Part shown: one piece after another, positions 1 to 10,469 of the stretch
How the letters are laid out: each line of letters begins with the position of its first letter
How positions within the stretch are numbered: position 1 is the first letter of the stretch
Source: Raillietiella orientalis
Taxonomy: Eukaryota
Length of the DNA stretch: 64,000 nucleotides
Assembly: GCA_036172245.1 (NCBI GenBank)
Contig: JAYWIR010000017.1
Location: 1,178,001-1,242,000, forward strand
Direction: 5' to 3'
Program-made: the position numbers and the translations under genes
Notes under the pieces: generated by a model
Databases searched by the model: none
What the model was told of the DNA's origin: nothing
Seen by the model: the letters and a program-made list of their open reading frames with translations, nothing else

Positions 1-1312
1 GAGAGGCTGCCGGAGCCGTCTCCCCTCTTCGTGTGTAACCGGAATTGGGAGGGGGGGGGGGAGGGCAAGGATACCGAGGCTCATCGCCTCGGGGGACTTC
101 CCTCCCTTCCTTCTGGCGGCGTAGGGTCGCGCGAGCCTCGCCATGTGGCGACCGAGCCACCGCGCGGAGTCGCGATCCTCCGCGATGGAACCTGCTCCGC
201 GCAACCGAGAGCAAAAGGGGAGGGGGAGGGAAGAGGAATCGGTGCTAACGATGGCGCGAACTCGCTCCTGTCTAAGGGAACAATGGCGCGACCCCGGCAA
301 AGGGGACGCGGCCGGGCTTCGAAAGTCATCGTCATCGTTTCGTCAGGGTCGGCATGCGAGATCTGGGAACGGGGGAGGGAGGGGTCCCGAAGGCACGCGC
401 ACGCGCTCGGCGCTCGCGTCTCCTAGCGACGGCGCGCGTCGCGATGCGGAACGCGATGGCGGCTCCGGCACTGCGACAATGTGATCTATTTTTAAACCGC
501 GAGCAGCCTAATGGGGGACGGTGCCGTTCTATTACGTGTAAAAGCTCCATCGCGCCGCTCTCTAAAATCGTAAATCGATAAATTATTCCATTATCCGTGG
601 AGAAGCCGATGGAGGTTTTTTGGCCGTTCCCGGAGATCCTCGGCCGCACGACGCTCCCGGAGCCGCTGCCGTCGCGCGGTTGCCGGTGACTACGGTGGCG
701 ACGCGGCTCCGGAATTCCCTGCCGGATTCGCAACGGAGGCTGGCTGGAATCCATTAGAAGGCGTGCACACACGCTGTTCATTATAATCAAAAAACGCGCT
801 GTAACCAGGTTCCATTACGACGGTATTCTACTCGTGTTCCGCACAGGATCTCTGGAAAGAGGAGATTTCCCCAGTGATTGATTGCCTCGTCTAATATATC
901 GTCACTGAGCTGCAGCTGTGTGGGTAAACGTCAACTCTTTTTAATCAACAGACCTTATCTCCGAGTACACATCGGGTGGAAAACGATCAGCCTTCTGTAG
1001 GTGTGCTCTGACGTAACCCATTACCAGACGAAGCGCGAACTTCTTCTCCGAACGCGCGCACACAATCAGCCTGCTCTGTGCCAGGCACGCAGTGTCCGTG
1101 GATCAAGCACACAATTCGGTTTGCTCCTTCCTTTTCCCCCCTGGACTCCTCGAAAGCAGGAAGGTCAAAACGGATGCTTCCTCCGTGTAATTAAAACGTC
1201 AGACCTTGCTCCACGCTCCCTCCGCCAGCGTTTACGCTGCTAATGAATGATGATTAAATGACACGAAGAAAAATGCTGCCTCCGCTGCGTCCTGAAGAAT
1301 CCATTTGACAAA

Positions 1313-1336
1313 GCGGCGGCGGCGGCGGCGGCGGCG
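1313..1336. repeat. (GCG)8 microsatellite
   Basis: Read directly from the sequence. Confidence 0.95.
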
Positions 1337-3798
1337 ACGCCGGGAGAAAAATTCTTCGAAATGGAATTCGCGTTTGATGCTCGCCACATCGAGGTGACGC
1401 CCGGGGATCGACGACGACGAGAGAGGGAGCGCCGGGAACGGCGGAAGAGACGAAGATGGATCTGCACGGCAGCGTCTCGGGAGCTTCGCGAATGACAACT
1501 CCCACATCGGGTGCGATCATTAACCCTGAGGCGGCAGGTACTGCCAGCGCTCCCAAAAGCGCCATTCTTGGACGCGCTGTTCCTGTCCGCTGCAGACCAG
1601 CGGCGGCGCCCGCCTGCACCGAAGGATAGCGCTCTGCGACTCCTCCTCCTCCTTTCCCTCCTTTCTTCCTCCTCCTCCCCCTCCTATTCCCTTCCTCCTC
1701 CTGGTGACCTGCTTCCGCGGGAAGATCCGGCCGCATGCCCGCCCCGGCCCAATGCGAATTCCCGACAGCCCCTGTCCGGATGCTTGGAAAGGAGGAGCAG
1801 GAGACATCCCTCCCCCGCAGCGAGCAGCGGGCAGGGCGGCCGATTTCATCCCCGCGTTCCTCACGCAGAGCGCCGGAGGCGGAAACCCCGCACGCGAGCG
1901 CCAACAAGGAACGCCCACGCAGGCGTGGCAGTCCGGAAAGGAGCGGGGCCTGCCGTCGCTGAGGGGGGGAGGGGCGCAGGGCACCTTGGGGGAAGGGTCG
2001 AGCACCCACTCCGCCCGGATGAAGGTGCCGGCGGCAGGTTGCTCGGCAGCTGCCCGGCAGAAGGCCCCACTGAGGAGGGTCTCGTGCCTTCGAGAGAGCG
2101 GGACGGGGTGGAAGAGGACCGCCCGAGGGCCTCGGGCAGCGTGCCGCCGCCGCAGGGGCCTTCGACAGGTCCCCGCAGCGACCCCGCACCCCAGTTTCCA
2201 AGGAGACGTCCTGAGCAGGAAGAGATGGGGTAGGAAGAGCCCGGGAGATGGGTAGGGCACTCCAGGAGCCGGACATGAGACCGCGGGGTGCCTTCGTTCC
2301 TCGATCCGAGAGGACCTGATATCCCTCCCCCCTCCTTCCTTCCTCTCCCGTAAGGCAGGGGTGGACGGGGAAGCCCGGACGGACTCTCAGCTGACCCCGT
2401 AGCGTCCCCGAGTTTCGGCGCGGAATCCCCCGCTTCCCGCGCGCGGCAGCCGACTCGGGCCCCTCGACTCCCGTTGCCAGGCTACGCCGCCGTCTACGGA
2501 CGGCGGGGTGAAGCGGGGAGCGGATCAATTCTCCGGGAGGACCGCGCCCGGCTGCGGCAGATCTCCCCGCTCCAGCAGCTGAAGGCGCTCCGGGAGCGCC
2601 TCCGAGCGAGAAGGGGGGGCGGCCCACGTCCGCCGCCGCTGCTGCCATCGAGCGCCGGCTCCGGCTCGCCGAGGGACCGCAGGGCGGCGGAGGGCACCTC
2701 CCCCCCCCCTCTCGCCGCTGCTGCCTCGGGCCGACCCGGTGCGCGCGGAGGCCGCTGGAAAAAACGGAAACTCGCCCACACTCCCTCCGGGATGTGGCGT
2801 GCGCGGCGGCACCTGGCGGTTCGCACAGGCGTCCCATCGATCGGTGTCGCGCGCGCGCGGGGCATCGGTCAGCGGCGACAGGAGTCCCTCTCTCCCCGCC
2901 TCCTCCTCCTCCACCACCCTCCTCTTCCCCTTTCATGTTTGCATTTTTTTTTTTTTTTTTTCATTTTTCTTATATTTTTGGATCGGCGTCTCCGATCTTT
3001 AACCTCTTTCTCCCTCCCCCCCACTCCCGGCCCAAACATTTCGATCGCCGAGAAGAATCAGATAATCGGAAAACGAAAGCCATCAGATAATCGGAGCAAA
3101 ACAAACGGCGATTCCGGTAGTCGTCCGGGGATACGCGGCGTGCGAAACGCGCCGAGATCGGTCCTCCGGAAGAGACTTTTTTCCTTCTTCCTCCGCGCGC
3201 GCGCCGGGTCGCGGCGACGGTGGCGCGCTCGCCGTGCGAGCCGGCAGGCAATCGCTCCACAAAGGCGGAGCGCATCCTCGCGTATCCTTCGGGAGCGGGA
3301 TTCCTTTTCTTCTTTTTTTTAAAAAAAAAAAAAAAAAAAAACAAGGATGAAGCAGAGGGGATGAGAAAGGAAAAGAAGGAAGAAAAAAAAAAAAAGGCGC
3401 GCGCGCGTTTCCGTTTATTGCAACCGACATCTTAGCCCGTAATTTATTGACGCCGAAACTCCTACTGATGGAATAAACAACGAAAGTCGCTCGCGCGTCA
3501 CCACGGCGACGAGTCGCTTGGAGGCGCGCGCGCCGCGGCCGAACGTTTCGAAAACCCGAGGCCGTCGTCGTTTGCGCCGCAACCCCTCTTTCCGAGACAC
3601 CAGAAATGTGCATTAACAATGAGGAATCAGTGAGAAACAGGATATGTCGATGACGAAACCGGCGAAGATTATGTTGGTGAAACCCGATAGCAATTTCCGA
3701 AATCATAATGTAATTAAATATGACGCCATTCCGCACCAGGAGGAGGAAAAAAGGAAGAAGGAAGGGGGGGGGGGAGGAAAAAAAGAAAAAAAAGGAAA

Positions 3799-3802
<4 letters not shown>

Positions 3803-3841
<39 letters not shown>
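3803..3841. repeat. (AG)n microsatellite
   Basis: Read directly; one of many GA tracts (also ~13715-13750, ~19378-19400, ~27940-27968). Confidence 0.95.
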
Positions 3842-3845
<4 letters not shown>

Positions 3846-4419
3846 CAAGAAAAAGAACAGCTCTCCTTTTCATCCTCGCCTCCCTCATTAAAGTGCTTTG
3901 ATCTGTGCTCACAACTCGACTCGCTCCGTCTATCGAAATCTCCGAAGAATGATACAGGATGAGAGGGGTCTCCACCACACATTGAAACAAAGGAGCGAAG
4001 AAGGAACTTCCAGCAAATCGAATTATCCTGCATACATCAATAGGTAATCTGCAAAGGACGTGTCCGGTCGCTTGGAGGCAGGTGCGAAAGAGGAAATTGG
4101 ATTTCCCTTAAGACGACTGGAATTTAAAATTCAGAAGAAACCTGCGAACCCCACCAGCTCTTGGGCGTCTCCCCCTCGCGTCCGTGCCGGTTGGCCCTCG
4201 AATGGACATTGGGCCCGAAAATTAGCCACTCGCACTGGCGAGCGAACAATAGCTGGGTGCCCTACCTACACGCGGTCACAGCACGCGGATGGGGAAGAGA
4301 AGGTGTGTGTGCTGTTGCGAACTGAATTCGTCTGATTGAGCCTGGGCACTGTTCAATCATTTATGCATCAATTAGGAGCAACTGATCATCACTCAGAGGG
4401 GGGGGGGGGAGAGGGGGTT

Positions 4420-5180
4420 GTCACCTGGTCACGCCGGGGAGTTTATTATAAAACTCATCTATACATTTGTGGTGCAAGGCCCCATTACGGCCAACACGAC
4501 ATCGGAGCTGCCGGGTCACCGGTACGCAGACCGACGGGACTCACCTCGGCAGCGGAGGGGGAGGGGGAAAAACAAAAAGAAAAAGAAAACAAAAAATAGA
4601 TAAGAAAAAGGTTTTGGAGGGAAGGGAAGGGATCACTGCCCTCTGGGGGCAGGGTCAATCCTGTTGAGGATCCTGGCCAGACCCTTCCGAATGTTCCTCA
4701 GGTGGGGCCATATGGTAGCAATCCGCAGGAAGCTTACTGTATACACGGTGGCGTCCCTCTCGTTGCTTCATCCCGCTCGGATGTCTCTCCATGCCGCCAC
4801 AATCCCACGGATGCAGAAAAGTGCTGCCACGGCTGCAGCTGGTTTCAGCGCGTCTCACACGAAGAGGAGGCGTATGACGTCCCTGGGGGGCTGCCCACCG
4901 GCATCCGGAGGCTCGTAGAGAAACTTTCCCGAAGGGACCGGAGGGCAACACAGTCCACTAGCAGGTGCGGGAGGGATTCCCGTTTCCCGCACCTGCTTCA
5001 ATCCGGGCTCGCTCTTCCCAGCGTCCAGTGATGCCGGCGTGCGTTGGCAGGGGAGACCCCAGTGCAACATCAGCAGCGCGGACTCCTGCCACTTCAGGGG
5101 GAGGGTGGTCGTGTTCCTTAGCGCTGGAGGCCACTCCAGGTCTTCTGCTGGAATGGGAAGCAGCTCGCCCCAGCGCTGAA
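4420..5180 (-). mobile_element. Decayed 3' end of an L1/Tx1-type non-LTR retrotransposon (ORF2 C-terminal zf-RVT zinc knuckle + 3'UTR), copy A
   Basis: Manual minus-strand translation across one frameshift gives RWGELLPIPAEDLEWPPALRNTTTLPLKWQESALLMLHWGLPC/NARRHHWTLGRASPD*SRCGKRESLPHLLVDC. This is the W..LPxK..LH..LP..C-x2-C-x7-H-x4-C pattern of zf-RVT, with the first Cys mutated to a stop. It is followed by a T-rich 3'UTR and AATAAA on the minus strand (plus TTTATT 4442-4447). It aligns with copy B. Boundaries are approximate. Confidence 0.8.
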
Positions 5181-5584
5181 ATGAGGAACCTCCCTTCTTC
5201 CCCCCTCCTCCAAAAAAAAAAAAACACTCCTTTAAAACATCCCTCCGCCGGTGGGAATGTAAAGTACACGAGTTCCTTCCTGTTCGGTGACACTCCGTCC
5301 TGTTTGTTGCTCATTTGCAAAGACGACCCTCCGCTTTCGGTGCACAAAATCCGTGGCGTGCTATTTTCATGCAAGTCCGCTATTCGGCTGCCTGATCGCG
5401 TCTCACCATAGCAACGGGAAGGAAGTCGCTTTCGGACTGGATTTCCAGCGCCGGCCGCGTCGACCGCACATTCTCTCTCCAGCGCCCGTGGAAACGCTGG
5501 CCCTTTTAGCGCAAAGATAGACAGCAGTTGTGAGTTGATTGTAAAATAGAATAGGTGACCGTTCGAAATGGCTCGAGCGGTTGT

Positions 5585-6000
5585 TTTCGTAAAGCACGAG
5601 TCCCAAGCTATGGCAATGGTTCTTGTACAATCACCAGGGATGCTTGTAAAGCCATCTGGGAAGTGCTACTGCACAAGCAGGAGCACTTCCCGGCTTCCAA
5701 CCTTCCAGTAAAGAGGAAAGCCCTGGAATCCTCTTTCCGGGGCTGATAAAGAGCAGCCATGAATCCCTGGGAAGTGCTTACTAGCTCGGGAAATTCCGAC
5801 AGCGCGGCGGAAGCTCCCGCCACCGAGTCCACTTGGAGTTCCCGGACTCGCTCCAGTTTCTTCCCGTTTCATCTACTTTCGGAAACCCAGGCTGCTTACG
5901 AGAGATCTGCTCTCTCTGCTAGAAGGCAGTATTGGGCTTCCCGATGCGGCGAGGTGAGCGGTGTGACCAAGAAGAATTGGACCGTGGCCTCAACTCCCTC
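5585..6000 (-). mobile_element. Decayed L1/Tx1-type ORF2 fragment: endonuclease-RT linker and start of the reverse transcriptase
   Basis: Minus-strand translation with stops and frameshifts gives ...ELVSTSQGFMAALYQPRKED...RLEAGKCS...PDG..IPGD/LYKNHCHSLGLVLYE. This resembles the F/Y-xx-LY linker motif and the GKxPGxDGxxxEFYKxFWxxLGxxL motif at the RT N-terminus of L1/Tx1 elements. Same orientation as the flanking zf-RVT pieces. Confidence 0.6.
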
Positions 6001-6029
6001 CACCCTCCGCGGAAATAGCTTTGGATTCT

Positions 6030-6800
6030 CTCCCGGGTACTCCGGTGCATTTATTTTTACTAAAAATAAACATTCACAGGGAACTGCAGTTGGACTGTTG
6101 GTCCAACCACGTGCTTTTTTCCGGGAGCCTGACGGGCTGCCGGTTCGCAGACCGGTAAGGTACACCACGGCAGCAGAAGGGAGAAGACAAACAAAAAGGA
6201 AAAAAAGCAAAAATAAGAATAAAAAAAAAAATTGGTGGTGGGGTGATGGTGCTGCAAGGGATCACGTCCTGCTGGAGGTTGTCCTCAGCATCCTTTGAAG
6301 GATGCCAGCGAGCTCTTGCCACATTCTGTCCTTAAGGTGGAGCCATCTCGTTGCCATCTTCATGAATCGGACGGCGAAGTGGACGTGGCACCCCTGCCTC
6401 TTGCGTCCTCCTCTTACGTCGCTCCAGGTAGCTGCAATCCTGCGTAGGCAGCAGAGAGCTGATAGCGAGGCTGCCGGTCGAAGGATGTACAAGAGGGGTC
6501 TGAAAGAGACTCTGGAGTTGCCGCCAGGGGGTTCCTAGGGTCGCAGCAAAACTTTCTGAGAGGGTCCGAAGAGCAATACACAGTCCACTAGCAGGTGCGG
6601 GAGGAATTTGCGCTCCCCGCACCTGCCACAGTCGGAGCCCACACACACCGTGTCCAGTGATGCCGGCGGGTATTGCATGGGAGGCCCCCGTGCAAGAGCA
6701 TCAGCAATTCAATAGGAGGGTGTGTCCATTCAAAAGCTCTGGGGGCCACTGCAGATCTTCCACCGGAATTCCCAGTAGCTCGCCCCAGCTCAAAAGTCCT
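6030..6800 (-). mobile_element. Decayed 3' end of an L1/Tx1-type non-LTR retrotransposon (zf-RVT + 3'UTR), copy B; may extend to ~7050
   Basis: Minus-strand translation with frameshifts gives SWGELLGIPVEDLQWPPELLN...LLMLLHGGLPCNTRRHHW.../SDCGRCGERKFLPHLLVDC (intact C-x2-C-x7-H-x4-C), then ILRPAASLSALCCLRRIAATWSDVRGG...FMKMATRWLHL, which aligns with copy A ALKPAAAVAALFCIRGIVAAWRDIRAG...FLRIATIWPHL. The 27-mer ACACAGTCCACTAGCAGGTGCGGGAGG is identical at 4948-4974 and 6578-6604. Minus-strand AATAAA at plus 6050-6055. Confidence 0.8.
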
Positions 6801-9800
6801 CGTGGGGGGCATTTGGGGTCACAGCTTACGTGAGCTGACCCTACGTCCACTCGCCCAGGAAATAGCCTTGGAGTGTTTGCTTGACGACTGCGGTTGCCAG
6901 TGCAAAGCTCGAGCTGTGCAGCCGGTGCATTTGCTGTGCAATTTGGATACTGGATGCGGCGGGCAGTTTGTTTGAGCTTCCCAGATCACATTGTCCACCT
7001 CAAATTGTGTGTCGCTGATGCGGATTCCGGAGCACTGTTGGTATAACAAGAGTGCATAAGTGAAAGCTCATTGTGTCCCATCGTTTGTTCCTCAAGACCA
7101 TTTGTTTCGATTCACGTAGAAAAGGACGTAACTTCACTCGGGCAGCAGGCATGATGTAAACGAGTCCCGGGCGAGGATGGATTCCTCAACGTGTACGAGG
7201 GCGTAGTCCTTATGAATACCAAATGGCAACTCACATATATTTGTGTGTGTGTATGTATGCTCAATGAAGTCTAAGAAAGCAGCTCACAGAAATCTCACGA
7301 GTTGAGGACGCCGCCTGGCTAAGAGACCGCTCCAGTTACAGCAGCAAGCCATGCCACCACGCAATCCGGGGATTCGAGAAACTCCGAAGCAACCGTCTGG
7401 AACGCGATCCAAGGATCGCTCAAATTCGAGTGTCAGCCTCGCGGCCCGGAACCGGCTGCTCGCCGGGGGAAATCGAAAAGATCGGATCGGGCAACCCATC
7501 CACGGCTTTTCCCCCTCGAAGAAGAGGGGCGCGAACGACTCTTCCCAAGTTGTGCGAAGTTATCGAATCGGTAATCAGCAGCCGTCTGCGCAGCGTTCCA
7601 CCTGCAGTACTGTGTAATTACGAAACGCTCCTTTCGGGCCACGTCGCTGGAAAGGCTGTAACCTTGCACTTCCAAGAAACGTGCGCTTCATTATCTTATC
7701 TTCTCACAGAACGGATTGTTGCTTTCATTGGCGATCTTTAGAAGAAACAAGAGTCACCGACTCTTGTTTCTTCTAAATTCTTGGACTCCGCGGAATATCA
7801 AATATCCGACCACGGAAGAGTAGCAAAGTGCACCCGGGTTCGTAATCAGATAATGACGTGCTTTAATAAGCAGCAGCAGCAGCAGCAACAACAACAGAAA
7901 AGAAAAGAAGAGGAGACGAGAGGAGAAAAAAAACAAAAAACAAAAAGTGAGAAAGGAAGAAACGAAAGATCGAGAAAGGAGAGATGGCCGAAATCGTATC
8001 CAAGACACGAGCGAAGAAGACATGCCGTTTGTGCGAGACGGGGAAAGTGGCAGGGATCAACGTGTTAAGGCTTAACGCAGACAATAAACAGCGAGCGAAG
8101 CAGGGATGAAAGCACCCGGAGTGATTCCTCTCGAACACCACGGGAAGGGTGCATCGGATGCGAAGATTACCAACAGCTGGGCAGATGATGCACGGCCGTT
8201 TAGCGTCTGCAGCGAAGGAGGAAGTATCTGCAGAATGAAATGCCACTTAATGGTGTGTGTGGGAAGGAAACTCCGTCATACCAGAGGACGCGCAGCAGAA
8301 CAGCCCTCGGTTTGTAGAAACCGCAGCCGGGTTCCCTTCGCGACCCTCGAGAAGAGGCCGGCGAATCCGCATCGGATGCTGCTGGTCGGTGTGCTGTGGC
8401 AGCGGACGTCGCGCGTTCTGTGGCCGCTGCAAGGAAAACTGAAGAGGGGGAGGAACTTTCCAAATCCTTGGGATTCGGTGCGGTGGTTTCCTTGCTTTGT
8501 CGCTTCCCGTATCGAAAAACCGGAGCTACTGAGGGTCTTCTCGTGTGTGATTCAGAAGGAAAGTGCGCCCGCAGAAGTGCAGTCTTTCGCCTCGACGAAA
8601 TTCTGTGATCCGCTGCCTCCTCCTCCAGAGACGGGACGTTCCCGAAACGCACGAGCGTTTACTTTATTTATTTATTTATTTATGTTTTTAATGGCTGCGC
8701 AAGCAGAAGCGCGTCTAGTTTCGGGTTTTCTCGTAGATGGTGGAGAGAAGGCGAATTTCAGCATTTGGAACCATCTAGACTCGCGAAGAAGAGGATTGGA
8801 TTTCAAGAGGGGGATCGTATGACGCTTCTGTGGGATGAAGGATGATGGCACATCGAACGCTCTCTCCTGGTCCCAACGCAGTTCCTGAGGATTCGTCGCT
8901 GTCCTTTCTCCCTCCGTGGTGGTCGATTCTGTGCGCTCCGCGAGAGGGCCTGCGGGAAGGTGCGCCCAGCAGCGAAATCACCGTCGCACCGGCGAGAGAC
9001 GGCAAACGGAAAAAAAAAAAAAAAAATTTTTTTCCCTTGGCGACACGGCAGCGGCAGCTTCCTGGAGGAACTGAAGCCTACCTTTCTTCCCGAGGCAGAT
9101 GAGTGATTTGGGTGAAAATAATGCACGTGGGGGTTGCTCTCGACGGTCCTCGACTTTGCGGAAACTCCGCTTCGAGACAAAAGCCATTTTTTTGCTCCGT
9201 TCGAGGCCCAGAACGGCGTCCTGGTTTCCGATAATCCCTTCAGGAGCACTGAGGCCCGCCCTTGCATAGCTCCCTCCTGTTCTTCCCGTGCTTTCCAGCC
9301 GATCCATAAATTTGCCTTCCGTCCTCGGATGCACGTGTTTTTCCATTCTTGTGCGCGGTTCCCACACAACCTGGGTCGTCCCCTCTGCTTCTTTTCCAAT
9401 TCCTCTTGAGAACATTCCTTTCGCCTTGGTTTCCCCGTTCTTTTTATCGCACCCGCGCTGACCACGCCCGACTCCCGTGGGATGAAGGTGGTCCGCGCGA
9501 GCATCCATTTCGAGAATGAGCTCGCGCAGATGTCCGACGAAAAGCCGACCGGGCTTCGTCGGAATGCTCGGGCGTGGGCAGAGAGCCTTTCGGGTGCTGC
9601 AGGGCGCCGCCGTTCGTTCCCCGAGCTGCAGGTTTCCTCCTTTCGGCCTGCCTCTTCAAATCCGCTACTCCCTTCAGTTTCCCGCCATTGCCTCGGTCCA
9701 TCCGGGTCCTCTCTGGGGTTCTTCAGATGCAGGGAACATCGCAGAACGAACGTCCCCCTCCCTTTCGCCACCCCCTCACTGTCGTCGCCGTTGCCCTGAG

Positions 9801-10437
9801 GGCGTGCTGCGCACCCTGCGTGCACGCGCAGGCGTTTTTTTTGTTTTCCTTTTTTTTTTCCCGTCGTTCTTTCGTTACGACTCCGCGCGGTCACGGTTCA
9901 CGTGAAGCTGTGCAGCAGTCATGTGGTCGTTGTGGACAGACGCCGTTGGTTCCCCCCATGCATCGGATTTTCCTTAATTGGGTTCCTGCTGAATCCATTT
10001 CAAGGTCGCGCGCTCGGTTTTCGAGGTCTGGAGCGCGGCGTTTCCATTTTTACACGCTTAATCTGTTCCGACTTCCTTGTTTTTCGACCATCTTGGGGCT
10101 TTTCTTTTTTCTTGCTACCGAAACTTCTGAAGCAATCAATTTCAAGACCATTTCGCCTCCTCCTCCCTCTTTACGGGAAGATGGAAACCCGTTACTCCTA
10201 AGAGCTTGGAAATTCGCGTAGGAAAAAAAAAAAAATCAAAACAAAAACAGAAAAAAATATTCTTCAAGTGAATCTGCTGTGATGGTGCGTAGTTAAAGCG
10301 TTCGATGGATTCCGCGGAGAGCGCGAGATGACGGCGATCTGAAATTCGCGCGAAAACAGGCGAGGGTGGATGATCCTCTGGGAAGCTGGATCTCCTTCTT
10401 CTTCTCTCGCTATGAAACACGAAAGGACCTGTTCCGT

Positions 10438-10469
<32 letters not shown>

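Noticed and set aside
1254..3322. Long ORFs (560 aa minus; 240 and 282 aa plus)
   Set aside because: Arg/Gly/Pro/Ala-rich translations with no domain. Several overlapping frames are open on both strands simply because GC-rich DNA has few stops, and they run through homopolymers.
8803..9894. 363-aa minus-strand ORF
   Set aside because: No recognisable motif; crosses poly-A/T runs (FFFFF, KKK); no convincing splice context.
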